Shown in pieces: positions 8,660 to 19,313 of a DNA stretch of 64,000 nucleotides. Location: assembly GCA_963664405.1 (NCBI GenBank), contig OY761158.1, forward strand, positions 1,056,001 to 1,120,000. Direction: 5' to 3'. The DNA is from Thermoanaerobaculia bacterium (GTDB lineage: Bacteria > Acidobacteriota > Thermoanaerobaculia > Multivoradales > Multivoraceae). Position 1 is the first letter of the stretch. Every line of letters begins with the position of its first letter. Position numbers and translations under genes: made by a program. The notes under the pieces are model-generated. The model did not search any database. It was not told the origin of the DNA and saw only the letters and a list, made by a program, of their open reading frames with translations.

Positions 8660-11590
8660 ATGGAGACTGTCTCAAAGTGGATCGCATCGTGGCGCCTCAA
8701 GAGCTGGCGCACGGCGGCTGTGGCCGCTCTACTCTTCTACACACTGACCGGATTTGTAGTCGTACCCTGGGTTGTCAAGAGCCTGGTCGTCAAGACTGTG
8801 CGGGAACAAGTCGACCGCGAGGCAGGGCTCGAAAGGGTCGCGTTCAACCCTTTCACGCTCGTATTGACCATGGAGGGATTCTCGCTGCCGGACCGACCAG
8901 GCTCTACACTCCTGTCGTTCGACGAGCTCTTTGTGAATCTTCAGGCGTCGAGCCTCTTCACCTGGACCGCGACGGTCGAGGAACTGAGAGTTCAAGGGCC
9001 CTATGTGGCTCTGCGAAGGTTCGAGGACGGCAAGGTCAACATCCTCGAGCTGATGGAGAGCCTCGAAACCGACGAGGTCGACGACGAGGAGGGCGGCGGG
9101 CTTCCCAGGGCTCTGTTGAGGAAGATCCGCATCGTTGACGGTCGTGTTGAGGTCGAAAGCCTCGTTCCCGAGGAGCCGCTACTCTGGGAATTGACCCCGG
9201 TCAACCTCAGTCTGAACAACATCAGCACCCTTCCCGGCGAGGAGGGCGACAACCTCTTCACCCTCGGAACGCCGAACGGAGGGGAGATCGGCATCGACGG
9301 CACGGTCGTGGTCGAGCCCCTCGGTCTCGAAGGGTCCGTCTCAGTGGAACGGATGCCCATCGAGACGGTCTGGCGTGCTGTCAAAGACAAGTTCGAGTTC
9401 GATCTCTCCAGCGGCTCCTTCGCGACCGATCTCGATTATCGGATCGGTGTGGAGGAGGACGGCGTACACGTGGAGGTTCTCGATGCCGAGCTCCGCATTC
9501 GCGACTTCGGTTTCCAGACCCTCGACGCTGACACCGAGCTCTTGAAAGCGGATGCGATCACTATTTCCGGCGCTGACGTGCACTGGCCCGAGCAGCGAAT
9601 CAGGGTGGACTCGCTTGTCGTCGAGGGTGCTTCTGCCTTCGCCTGGATCGAGCCTGACGGAACGCCGATCTGGATGACCCTCGTTCCGGAGCCGACGCAG
9701 AAGCAAGTCGCCGATGCCTACCGCTATGTCGATGACAGAGTCGACCTCGATGCCGAGCTCGACCTTTTCGAGCTTCGCGGCGCGACCGCGGCTTTCGAGG
9801 ATCGCACTTTCTCCGAATCCGTGCGCATCGCGGTGTCGGAAGCCAACTTGAGGGTGACCGATATCGCCACGAGACCGAACAGCGTGTGGAGGTTCGAGAC
9901 CTCCGCGGTATTCGCTGGAGGGGCGCAGGCGTCGGCGGACGGCAGTTTCAGCGCGATTCCGCTGGTCCTCGACGCCGAGGTCGCGCTCGCGGACCTGGAA
10001 CTTTCTCGATTTCAACCCTACGTCGAGAAATTCGCTCCCCTCGAGGTCCGGGCCGGCGTACTGCACACCGACGGAAGTGTGCACGTGGAACCGAGCCCGG
10101 ACGCGCCTGACGTCACATTCTCCGGTGCGCTATCTGTGAACAGACTCGACCTCGACGAGACGGTCACAGACGACACCCTCATTGGGTGGGGCGAGCTCGA
10201 TGTGACCGGCATCCAGGCCGCCCTAGCGCCGACTTCTCTCGGCGTCGAGCAGGTCGAGGTCCGTGGCGCCGGACTCGAGATCACCGTCGCCGAAGACGGC
10301 ACCATCAACCTACTCGAGTTCCTCAAAGTGTTGTCCGAAGGCGATAGCACCGACGCGAGCGAGCCTAAAGCCGACGCCGAGGCCGGTGGTGGGCTACCGC
10401 CGGTCCAAATCGCGAGTCTTCGACTCCATGACTGTTACGGCCTCTACACCGACAAGACCACCGCCGATCCTTTCCGGATGAATCTCCGATCCATCAACGG
10501 GACAGTCTCCGGGATCGCGACCGAAGCTAACTCGACCGCTGATATCGACATCGACGGCGCCCTCGATGGCTACGGCCTGCTCTCTTTTCAGGGCGAGCTC
10601 GACCTCTTCAACTATGCACGGCTGACCGACTTCGACATCGACATCTACGACATGGCGCTGCCCTTCGCTTCGCCGATGTCGGTCAAGGTGATCGGCCATC
10701 CGATCGAGTCAGGCAGACTGACCCTCGACCTGGACTACAACATCACCGATCAACAGCTGCAGGCGACCAACCACATCGAGCTCTCCCATCTCCATCTCGG
10801 GGACAAGATCGAGGGCGAGGGCACTATCGACGCGCCGTTCAAGTTGGGCATCTCGATGTTGAAAGACTCCGACGGGCGAATCACCCTCGATATCCCGCTG
10901 GAGGGAAACCTCGACGACCCGGACTTCATCGCTCGCAAAGCCGTCATGGCCGCGGCAGGCGAGGTCACCAAAGAGCTGGTGAAATCTCCTTTTCGGATGC
11001 TGGGTCGGCTGGTCGGAGGGGGTGCCGAGGACCAGGAGCTCGAGTTTGTCGACTTCGAAGTCGGCAGCGCTTCGCTGGGGACGAATGCCACCGCGAACCT
11101 GGACACCCTCGCAAAGGCTCTAAAACAACGTCCGACCTTGCGTCTCGAGATCGACAGCGTTGTCGACCGGCGGGCCGACGCCGAGGTCTTGAAGCAGACC
11201 GACTTCGAGCGCGAGCTCGCGACCCGGCAGACCGCAGCTGAGCAATCGGAGGCAACCACGGATCGCACTCCGCTCGAGACGATGTTCGTCGAGCGCTTCT
11301 CCGCCGCCAATCTGGAATCGGTTCGAGCGCAGTACAGATCGGCGGAAGACTCCGAGCTCGACGACGACTCCTACACCGCGCTTCTTCGCTCACGACTCGT
11401 CGAGACCCAGCCGGTCGACGAAGCCAGGACCACGGCCCTCGGTCTGGCGCGAGCGGAAGCCATCAGCTCGTTCTTGCAAGATCAGGCCGGCATCGGCTCG
11501 ACTCGCCTCGGCATCCGCCCCCAGCCCAGCGAATCGCCAGCCATAGCGGGACGGGTACGTACCCGGCTCGAGGTCACGGCCGACGGCTAG
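8660..11590 (+). CDS. DUF748 domain protein with OmpA-like C-terminal region
   Basis: N-terminal anchor, FNPFTL, repeated beta-rich segments, LKDSDGRITLDIPLEGNLDDPDF, LAKALKQRPTLRLEI. Confidence 0.8.
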   Translation: METVSKWIASWRLKSWRTAAVAALLFYTLTGFVVVPWVVKSLVVKTVREQVDREAGLERVAFNPFTLVLTMEGFSLPDRPGSTLLSFDELFVNLQASSLFTWTATVEELRVQGPYVALRRFEDGKVNILELMESLETDEVDDEEGGGLPRALLRKIRIVDGRVEVESLVPEEPLLWELTPVNLSLNNISTLPGEEGDNLFTLGTPNGGEIGIDGTVVVEPLGLEGSVSVERMPIETVWRAVKDKFEFDLSSGSFATDLDYRIGVEEDGVHVEVLDAELRIRDFGFQTLDADTELLKADAITISGADVHWPEQRIRVDSLVVEGASAFAWIEPDGTPIWMTLVPEPTQKQVADAYRYVDDRVDLDAELDLFELRGATAAFEDRTFSESVRIAVSEANLRVTDIATRPNSVWRFETSAVFAGGAQASADGSFSAIPLVLDAEVALADLELSRFQPYVEKFAPLEVRAGVLHTDGSVHVEPSPDAPDVTFSGALSVNRLDLDETVTDDTLIGWGELDVTGIQAALAPTSLGVEQVEVRGAGLEITVAEDGTINLLEFLKVLSEGDSTDASEPKADAEAGGGLPPVQIASLRLHDCYGLYTDKTTADPFRMNLRSINGTVSGIATEANSTADIDIDGALDGYGLLSFQGELDLFNYARLTDFDIDIYDMALPFASPMSVKVIGHPIESGRLTLDLDYNITDQQLQATNHIELSHLHLGDKIEGEGTIDAPFKLGISMLKDSDGRITLDIPLEGNLDDPDFIARKAVMAAAGEVTKELVKSPFRMLGRLVGGGAEDQELEFVDFEVGSASLGTNATANLDTLAKALKQRPTLRLEIDSVVDRRADAEVLKQTDFERELATRQTAAEQSEATTDRTPLETMFVERFSAANLESVRAQYRSAEDSELDDDSYTALLRSRLVETQPVDEARTTALGLARAEAISSFLQDQAGIGSTRLGIRPQPSESPAIAGRVRTRLEVTADG

Positions 11591-11626
11591 ACGAGAAACC
11601 CTCGTCGGACTAGGAGGAGCACCAGA

Positions 11627-12556
11627 GTGAAGTTTGGCGCACAGGTAACCGTTTATCGCAACACTTGGGACACCATCCGTACGGTAGTGGAGACACTGGA
11701 GGCCGGGCCCTGGGACAGCATATGGGTTGCCGACCACTACCTTCCCCCGCCCGGGCGCAAGGAAGAAGAGCATCTCAACGCCCACGAGGGCTTCACCATC
11801 CTCGCCGCCGTCGCCGGAATGACAAAGAGGCTGCGTCTCGGTCACCTGGTGCTCGGCAACACCTACCGTAACCCCGCCCTGGTCGCCAAGATGGCCACGA
11901 CCCTCGACCAGGTCTCCCTTGGCCGCTTCACCCTCGGCATCGGTGCCTCGTGGTTCAAACGCGAGCACGAAGCCTACGGCTGGACCTTTCCGTCGATGCG
12001 AGAACGCCAGGACCGCTTCCAAGAATCTTGCGAGCTCATTCGCGCCCTCTTCACCTCCAAAGAGCCCGTGACCTTCAACGGCCAGTACTACAACCTCGAT
12101 GACGCCCCGATGGCCCCCGGCTGCTATCAAGAACCGCACATCCCGATCCTGGTCGGAGGAACCGGCGAAAAGCGAACTCTACGCACCCTCGCCATGTACG
12201 GCGACGTGATGAATCTCGACGGCTGGGCTGGCGGCCCGATGACCGCCGAGTACTTCCGCCACAAGACCGGGGTACTCGATCACCATTGTGAGACGGTCGG
12301 CCGCGATCCGAGTGAGATCCAACGCTCGGTGCTGATACCCACCCTGGTCACCGACGATCAGGAGGCGGCGGATCTCTTTCGCGCCAATCGCCGCCTCGGC
12401 GAGGGCACCGCCGCGGGAACCAAGGACTACGTGATCGACCGCATCGGCGAGATCATCGAAGCCGGCGCCGAGTACATCATGATCGGCGGCATCCCGACCG
12501 ACGACCTCGAGCAGTATCACCGCGTCGCCGAGGAAGTGATCCCCGCGTTCTCCTAA
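11627..12556 (+). CDS. LLM-class flavin (probably F420)-dependent oxidoreductase
   Basis: WVADHY, LVLGNTYRNPALVAKMATTLD, PILVGGTGEKRTL. Confidence 0.9.
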   Translation: MKFGAQVTVYRNTWDTIRTVVETLEAGPWDSIWVADHYLPPPGRKEEEHLNAHEGFTILAAVAGMTKRLRLGHLVLGNTYRNPALVAKMATTLDQVSLGRFTLGIGASWFKREHEAYGWTFPSMRERQDRFQESCELIRALFTSKEPVTFNGQYYNLDDAPMAPGCYQEPHIPILVGGTGEKRTLRTLAMYGDVMNLDGWAGGPMTAEYFRHKTGVLDHHCETVGRDPSEIQRSVLIPTLVTDDQEAADLFRANRRLGEGTAAGTKDYVIDRIGEIIEAGAEYIMIGGIPTDDLEQYHRVAEEVIPAFS

Positions 12557-12560
12557 TCGC

Positions 12561-13850
12561 CTAACGAAGGGGCCGAAAGAACTTCCGCAAGTCCCCAACG
12601 AGCAGTTCCGGCTCCTCGATCGCCGGGAAATGCCCGCCGCGGTCGAACACCGACCAGTGGCTGACATTGGAGGGTCGGTCACCGACCAGCGACTGCGGTG
12701 CGCCCGATCGCGCAGGAATGCCGACGAATTGTGCGTAACCCCGCGGCACCGTGACCGGACCGCGGCTGGTGCGACGGGGCCGCGAGCTCCCCAGCCCGTT
12801 GGCGTAGTAGTAACGCACACTGGTTCCAATCGTCGACGTGTGCCAGAAGATCGAAACGAGAGTCAGAATCTGGTCTTTAGTGAAACTCGTCTCGACATCG
12901 CCGCCGCAGTCGCTCCACGACCGCAGCTTCTCGGTGATCCAGGCAGCGACACCGACCGGCGAGTCGGTGAGGCCATAGGCAAGGGTCTGCGGTTTGGTGC
13001 CTTGAATGCGTTGATACCCGGTCTCGTCGACCGACCAGCGCTCGAGCCGCGCCCGGTAGTCGCGCTCTTCGTCGGTCGCCGGCTCACGCTGGGCACGCGG
13101 TGGAGACCCTGGGGTGTGGATGCCGACCAATCGCTCGGGAAATCTCGCGCCAAGCTCCCGCGTCACCCCCGACCCCCAGTCGCTGCCGTAAGCGCCAAAG
13201 CGCTGGTACCCCAGCTTGTCCATCAGCTGGACCCAGAGATCCGCGGTGCGCGCGATGTCAGTCCCCTCGGCCGGATCACCCGAGAAGCCGAAGCCGGGAA
13301 TCGACGGCACCACTACATTAAAAGAATCGTCCTGTTCCCCGCCTTGAACCCCCGAGTTGCTGAGAGCGCGTACCGAAGGAAGCATCTCCCAGATCGTGCC
13401 AGGCCAGCCGTGGGTCATCAGCAGCGGGAGCGACGACGCCTGCCGGCTGCGCTGGTGGACGAAGTGAAGCATCTGCCCGTCGATCGTCGTCTTGTAATGA
13501 TCAAAGGAGTTGAGCCACTCTTCGTGCGTGCGCCAGTCGTACTCGTCCTTCCAATAGGCGATCAGCTCTTCGAGGTAGTCGCGATCGGTTCCGTACCCCC
13601 AGCCTTCTCCCGGAGCATCAGGCGGCCACCGCGTTGCCGCCAGCCGCCGCTTCAGGTCGGCTAGATCGGCATCGCTGACCCGGATCTCGAAAGTTTCGAT
13701 CCCCTCGGGGCCGGGCACCGCCGCAGCTGAGCTTCCGACCGTCGCCTCGCCGACAGGACGGTTTGCCGCGGCAACCGAGCCGGAAATGCTCGCCGCGCTC
13801 ATCAACTTCACCAGCGTCCGCCGATCGATCTCGTACTGTTTCTCTGCCAC
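12561..13850 (-). CDS. Epoxide hydrolase (EHN-type) with twin-arginine signal
   Basis: IDRRTLVK; LMTHGWPG, GSDWG nucleophile, GGHFPAIEEP. Confidence 0.9.
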   Translation of the reverse strand: MAEKQYEIDRRTLVKLMSAASISGSVAAANRPVGEATVGSSAAAVPGPEGIETFEIRVSDADLADLKRRLAATRWPPDAPGEGWGYGTDRDYLEELIAYWKDEYDWRTHEEWLNSFDHYKTTIDGQMLHFVHQRSRQASSLPLLMTHGWPGTIWEMLPSVRALSNSGVQGGEQDDSFNVVVPSIPGFGFSGDPAEGTDIARTADLWVQLMDKLGYQRFGAYGSDWGSGVTRELGARFPERLVGIHTPGSPPRAQREPATDEERDYRARLERWSVDETGYQRIQGTKPQTLAYGLTDSPVGVAAWITEKLRSWSDCGGDVETSFTKDQILTLVSIFWHTSTIGTSVRYYYANGLGSSRPRRTSRGPVTVPRGYAQFVGIPARSGAPQSLVGDRPSNVSHWSVFDRGGHFPAIEEPELLVGDLRKFFRPLR

Positions 13851-14007
13851 TGCTTCACCTCAGTTCTATCGCAACCACGTTTCCGGATCTCGACTCGTAG
13901 GATGAAAATACCCTAACCGCTGCCTCCTCAGTCTGACAACACAGAACCACAGAGATAGCATCGATTTCGACGTCCAGGACGCGGCGAGAACACGATTCGC
14001 TACAAGG

Positions 14008-14706
14008 CTGAGAAGCTCGAGCTCAGCCTTGGTCGACGTCGTGCTTCGATTCGAGCAGGTGCTCGGCCGCCGCGTACTGGTCGTCGGCCCGACACCTCAA
14101 CCGGTAGCCCATATCGACATGATCGTCACACCTGTAGGCGACGGGCGGCTGGTAGTGGCGGACGCCAAGTCTGGGATTCGCATGGCCGAAGAGGCACTTT
14201 CAGCCGACCCCGACTCGGTCTCCGCCTTCGAGAGCTACTGCGAGCAACACTTCTTCGGACACCCGAGCCTTCGCGAGCTTCCAATCAAGAGCTGCGGCAC
14301 CTCGGTAGCGCCGAAAGTGGTCGGCCGGACCCAAGAGATGGTCGAGCTCAGTCGTGCCCTCTCGCCTCTTCTCGACGGCATCGCACAGTCCTTGGAGGGA
14401 GCCGGATACCAGTTCGACCGCGTGCCTTCCTCTTCGGCCGGCCCGAGAGCGAGAATGTTCACGATTCCCCGGAAGCAACCAACAGAGCAGCTTATCCGAT
14501 GCTGACCTACAACAACGTTCTCATCGAGACCGGCGAGAGCGGGAAGGTCGTGTATCTGCCGAGCTATGGCTGGCCGGCTATGGACGAAGCCGCGGTCGCG
14601 GCCTGGCAATCGATCGGCTTCGAGCCCTGCCGGGTCGAGGGATTGGCGATCAGCGCCATGTACGGGGGGGGGCCTTCGTTGCGCGGTGAAAGTGCTGGCC
14701 CGCTAG
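14008..14706 (+). pseudogene. Pentein-fold (agmatine/arginine deiminase-like) C-terminal remnant, frameshifted
   Basis: HIDMIVTP; YPMLTYNNVL..VYLPSYG; SAMYGG-GLRCAVKVLAR after correcting the G9 run at 14664-14672; second shift near 14428. Confidence 0.65.
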
Positions 14707-14897
14707 CAGCAGATTTTCAACGTAGAGTAGCGTCGTGAGCGATCGCGAGGCATGGCGCAGCCTGGCCGGCATCTTGTCGCGTTCGCCGCTCTGTAGGCGG
14801 GGAAGACGAGACAATTTGGCAACGCCGTTCTGGCTGGTCGCCCGCAAAGGTTGATCGCTAAACCATCCGAGGTCGCAAGAAAGAGAGGGAGCCCGTC

Positions 14898-15653
14898 ATG
14901 AACCATCAGTCAAAAGTGGCCATAATTACCGGCGGAGGAACCGGTATCGGCAAGGCCACCGCGCTCGCTCTGCTCGGAGAGGGCTACTCGGTGGCGATCG
15001 GTGGTCGCCGCGCCGAGCTTCTCGATGCTGTTGTCGAAGAGTCGGGCGCCTCGGATCACCTGCTGGGAGTGTCGACCGATGTCACGGACCCGGACTCGGT
15101 TGCCAATTTCTTTGCCGCGACAAGAGATCGCTTCGGGCGTCTCGATCTTCTGTTCAACAACGCCGGCACCGGTGCGCCGCCCGTGCCGCTCGAGGACCTC
15201 GATGTCGACCGCTGGCGACGGGTCGTAGATGTGAATCTGACCGGCTCCTTTCTTTGCACTCAGGAGGCGATTCGGATGATGAAGGCGCAGACACCACCGG
15301 GTGGGCGCATCATCAACAACGGCTCGATCTCGGCACAGTCACCACGACCCAACTCCGCGCCCTACACGTCGACCAAGCACGCCATCACCGGGCTCACCAA
15401 GTCGACGTCGCTGGACGGGCGCAAGTACGATATCGCCTGCGGACAGATCGATATCGGCAACGCGCTCACCGACATGACTGCGCGGATGGGTGCTGGAGTA
15501 GCGCAAGCTGACGGTTCGAAGAAGGTCGAGCCGACGATGGACGTCGACAACGTCGCTCGAGCGGTCGTCTACATGGCGAGCTTGCCGCTCGATGCTAATG
15601 TCCAGTTTCTGACCGTGATGGCGACCAAGATGCCCTTGGTCGGTCGCGGGTAG
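14898..15653 (+). CDS. SDR family oxidoreductase
   Basis: [17 protein letters not shown]. Confidence 0.92.
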   Translation: MNHQSKVAIITGGGTGIGKATALALLGEGYSVAIGGRRAELLDAVVEESGASDHLLGVSTDVTDPDSVANFFAATRDRFGRLDLLFNNAGTGAPPVPLEDLDVDRWRRVVDVNLTGSFLCTQEAIRMMKAQTPPGGRIINNGSISAQSPRPNSAPYTSTKHAITGLTKSTSLDGRKYDIACGQIDIGNALTDMTARMGAGVAQADGSKKVEPTMDVDNVARAVVYMASLPLDANVQFLTVMATKMPLVGRG

Positions 15654-15674
15654 ACCGCAAAAAGAGGATAGACC

Positions 15675-16511
15675 ATGCCGATCAATCCCGATGCCGTCGG
15701 TGCCGAGGGCGCGCCGCTCAGACACAGTTGGGTCTCCAAAGACGCGCTGCTCTACGCCGTAGGCGTGGGTGCCGGCACAGATGAATTGCAGTTCACGACC
15801 GAGAACACCAAGGACACGCTGCAGAAGGTGTTGCCCACCTTTGCGGTGATCATCGGTGGCGGAGCGCGGCCAATGGATCAGATCGGCTCGATCAACCACG
15901 CCATGATGGTGCACGGCGAGCAGGGAATCGAGCTCTTCGGCGAGATCCCGGCGGATGGCGAGATCGAGACCACGAGTCGGTGTATCGGGATCTGGGACAA
16001 GGGTGCGGCCGCCGTCCTCGAGTTCGAGTCGACGGCCGTCGACACGAAGACCGGCGGGATTCTGCTCAAGACCTACTCCAGCCTGTTCTGCCGGGGTGAA
16101 GGCGGTTTTGGCGGCGAGCGCGGACCGAGCGAGAAGGTCGAGTTTCCGGCCCGAGCGGCCGATCACGAGGTCACCTACGACACTCGCGAGGATCAAGCGC
16201 TCACCTACCGTCTTTCCGGCGACCGCAATCCTCTGCACTCGGACCCGAGCTTCGCCGCCATGGGCGGGTTCGAGCGGCCGATCTTGCACGGATTGTGCAC
16301 CTGGGGCTTCACCGGAAGGGCGCTGCTGCACACTCTCTGCGATAGCGATCCTTTGCGCTTCAGGGCGATGAAAAGCCGCTTTTCCAAGCCGGTGACCCCT
16401 GGCGATAGGCTGACCGTGTCGATGTGGGTCGACGGCGAGACCGCCCTGTTCAGAACCCGCGATCAGAACGACAACGTGGTGATCGATCAGGGCGTGTTCG
16501 AGTTCGCGTGA
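15675..16511 (+). CDS. MaoC double-hotdog (R)-enoyl-CoA hydratase
   Basis: YRLSGDRNPLHSDP..GFERPILHGLC hydratase-2 motif. Confidence 0.9.
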   Translation: MPINPDAVGAEGAPLRHSWVSKDALLYAVGVGAGTDELQFTTENTKDTLQKVLPTFAVIIGGGARPMDQIGSINHAMMVHGEQGIELFGEIPADGEIETTSRCIGIWDKGAAAVLEFESTAVDTKTGGILLKTYSSLFCRGEGGFGGERGPSEKVEFPARAADHEVTYDTREDQALTYRLSGDRNPLHSDPSFAAMGGFERPILHGLCTWGFTGRALLHTLCDSDPLRFRAMKSRFSKPVTPGDRLTVSMWVDGETALFRTRDQNDNVVIDQGVFEFA

Positions 16512-16606
16512 GCCTCTCAGTGAGCTGTCGGAGGCGGCGTCCGGGGGCGCCACAACCTTGCATGAGGTGCCTCTTCGGTTCATTATGGGCTACTTGGAGG
16601 TCGAAA

Positions 16607-17629
16607 ATGAGCCAACGAAGCCGCCTGCTGGCACTGGGGGGCGCGGCAACCGTGGTGATACTGACGGCGCCTCTCGCACTCGCAGAGTCGAAGGACCTGC
16701 CCTCGGCACGGACACCGTGGGGTGATCCCAACCTGGGTGGGATCTGGGCCAGCTCCACCTACACGCCCCTCGAGCGTCCCGACCATTTCGCCGGTCGTGC
16801 GCTCCTCTCCGAAGAGGAGCTCGCCAAGTTGAACGAATTGGTGATGGCGGAGGGTGTCGATCCACTGCGAGCAGGGGGTGTCCTCGCCGCCGCGGACGAG
16901 GAGGAGCGACTCGCACGGACACAGCAGTCAAAAGACAACATCCATTACGACAACGCGGTTTGGCTGACCGAAGGACGGCGGAAGAAGTTCTCGAGCCTCC
17001 GAACCTCTCTGATCGTCGACCCCCCGGACGGCAAGGTGCCTCCCCTCACCCCTGCGGCCGCTGAGCGCGCCGCCGAGCGCAAGAAGATGGCGTCCTTCGA
17101 CAGCTACGAGAATCGTCCACTGAATGAACGCTGCCTGGTCTGGCGGCACGAAGGGCCGCCGATGATGCCCCCTGTCTACAACGACCTGCTACAGATTATC
17201 CAGACCGAGGATCACATCGTTCTATTGCCAGAGATGAACGACAACGGTCCCAGAATCGTACCAATCGATGGTCCCCAACAGCTCAGTGCGCAGCCGCGAG
17301 GCTGGCGCGGCTACTCGCGCGGGCACTGGGAAGGCGACACTCTGGTCGTCGAAACGGCCGGCTTCAACGCTAAGAACCCCTTCTACGGCTCGAGCGAATC
17401 GTTGCACGTGGTCGAGCGCTTCACCCCTCTTGGCGGCGGGTCGATGCGCTACGAATTCACGGTCGACGACCCCGAGACCTGGACACGGCCGTGGAGTGTC
17501 GAGTTCCCGCTAACCAAACGAGACGGTCCTCTCTATGAGTATGCCTGTCACGAGGGCAACCGCGACCTCGCCTACATTCTCGCGGCGGCACGCAAGCTCG
17601 AGAAGGAGGCGGCGGAGAGCTCGGAGTAG
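16607..17629 (+). CDS. Secreted hypothetical protein, EYACHEGN family paralog 3
   Basis: ATG 16607 after GGAGG; RTPWGDPNLGGIW, RTSLIVDPPDG, GHWEGDTLVVET, EYACHEGN. Confidence 0.85.
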   Translation: MSQRSRLLALGGAATVVILTAPLALAESKDLPSARTPWGDPNLGGIWASSTYTPLERPDHFAGRALLSEEELAKLNELVMAEGVDPLRAGGVLAAADEEERLARTQQSKDNIHYDNAVWLTEGRRKKFSSLRTSLIVDPPDGKVPPLTPAAAERAAERKKMASFDSYENRPLNERCLVWRHEGPPMMPPVYNDLLQIIQTEDHIVLLPEMNDNGPRIVPIDGPQQLSAQPRGWRGYSRGHWEGDTLVVETAGFNAKNPFYGSSESLHVVERFTPLGGGSMRYEFTVDDPETWTRPWSVEFPLTKRDGPLYEYACHEGNRDLAYILAAARKLEKEAAESSE

Positions 17630-17680
17630 GGAGCAGGCGTGATCGTGCTCAAGGCTGCCGGTGCCTCCGATTCCTGAGTC

Positions 17681-19285
17681 CTACTTGGGAAGCTTTACTC
17701 CTGCGGCAACCCTGTCCCAACAGTGATCGCCAACTCCGGTGGCGCGGATCTCCGCCTTTTGGATGCGCTGCGTCGCTTGCGTCTTGGGAAGCTCCTCGAC
17801 CTGCTCGATGTAGCGAGGAATCGCGAAACGCGGCATCCGTGGGATCAGGAATTCGACGATCGACTGGGGGTCGATCTCCATACCTGGCTTCATGACGACC
17901 GCGATCTTGACCTCGTCCTCCCCTACTTCGGAGGGCACCGAGACGGCGGCGCTCTCGACGATGTCGGGGTGAGCGTTTACACAATTCTCCACTTCGAAGC
18001 TCGAAATGTTCTCGCCGCGCCGGCGAATGTAGTCCTTCGCTCGGTCGACGAAATAGAGATTGCCCTCTTGATCGCATGTGAAGGTATCGCCGGTGTGGAA
18101 CCAGCCGTTGCGCCAGGCCTCCGCCGTCTCATCGGGCATGCCCCAGTAGCCGGCATTCAGAGTCCATGGCTCACCACGCACGATCAGCTCACCCGGGGTG
18201 TCGACAGGAACCTCCATATCGTGCTCATCGACGATTCGCACCTCGACGCCGGCCCTGGGGCGGCCGCAACTGCGGAAGGTCTCGTTCGAGACCGGGCGGT
18301 CGCCACTGGTTACCGGGCTGTTGATCTCGGTCATATTGAAGACCGTGTTCACCTCGACCCCGAATCTCCGGCAGAAGGCGTCGACGTCCGGGAGAACCGG
18401 CACCATGAGAACGTATTTCAGAGGGTTGTCACGATCGTCCTCGGCCGGCGGCTGAGACGCAAGGAACTGGGCCATCGGCCCTAGAATGACTCCCTCGGTG
18501 CATCCGTAGCTCCTGACATCTTGCCAGTAGTCCCGGGTCGAGAAGACCTCCCGAACCACCACGCTGCCGCGAGTCTTGGCGGCCCGGCATAGAGGGCCCT
18601 TGCCGGTGATGTGGTACGGCGGGTACGGCGCATAGTGCACTCCCCTCGGCCGATCCGAGCCGAACTCGACACTCATCAGGCTCTCGAGCTGCCCCCACGG
18701 CACCATCACCGCTTTCGAGGCGCCGGTGGTCCCTGAAGTGAAGATCAGGGCAGCGATATCCCACCGCTGCGGGCCCGGGCGGGGAAGCGCCTCGGCCCCG
18801 TCCAGAAACTCTTCGCCAGTCATCGTCCGACAAGGCAGCTGCGGCAACCGCTGCGCGTCACCGTTGAACACGACCACCAGCTCGACGTCGCCCAGGGCAT
18901 CCGCGATCTCGACGAGTGGATCGACGAATCGAGCGTCGACCAGAAGATGGCGGGTGCCCGTCAGCTTGATCGGGTGAGTCAGCCAGGTTCCCTTATAGGA
19001 AGTATTGATCGGTGCTTCGATCGCACCGAGCCAGCCGCAGCCGATCCACGACAGCGTAGCTTCGAAGCCGTTCGGGAACATGGTGACGACAGGTTCGCCG
19101 GCGACGACACCTTGCCGCTCCAGGGCGTTCGCCCATCTCAGAGATTCAGTAGCCAGCTCCTCCCAGTTCATCGACCTGCCATCGACGTGCTGCACCGCCA
19201 CCGCCTCCGGTGACGCAGCAGCGTTCTGAGCGACGAGCTGTGGAAGGAAGGTCTCTTCGGTCATGACGGATTCTCCCACTGCCAC
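17681..19285 (-). CDS. AMP-dependent CoA ligase, CaiC-like
   Basis: FTSGTTGASK, GWFHTGD, DYIRRRGENISSFEVE. Confidence 0.9.
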   Translation of the reverse strand: MAVGESVMTEETFLPQLVAQNAAASPEAVAVQHVDGRSMNWEELATESLRWANALERQGVVAGEPVVTMFPNGFEATLSWIGCGWLGAIEAPINTSYKGTWLTHPIKLTGTRHLLVDARFVDPLVEIADALGDVELVVVFNGDAQRLPQLPCRTMTGEEFLDGAEALPRPGPQRWDIAALIFTSGTTGASKAVMVPWGQLESLMSVEFGSDRPRGVHYAPYPPYHITGKGPLCRAAKTRGSVVVREVFSTRDYWQDVRSYGCTEGVILGPMAQFLASQPPAEDDRDNPLKYVLMVPVLPDVDAFCRRFGVEVNTVFNMTEINSPVTSGDRPVSNETFRSCGRPRAGVEVRIVDEHDMEVPVDTPGELIVRGEPWTLNAGYWGMPDETAEAWRNGWFHTGDTFTCDQEGNLYFVDRAKDYIRRRGENISSFEVENCVNAHPDIVESAAVSVPSEVGEDEVKIAVVMKPGMEIDPQSIVEFLIPRMPRFAIPRYIEQVEELPKTQATQRIQKAEIRATGVGDHCWDRVAAGVKLPK

Positions 19286-19313
19286 CCTTTCAAGTTCGGC
19301 ATCCTATCTGTAA

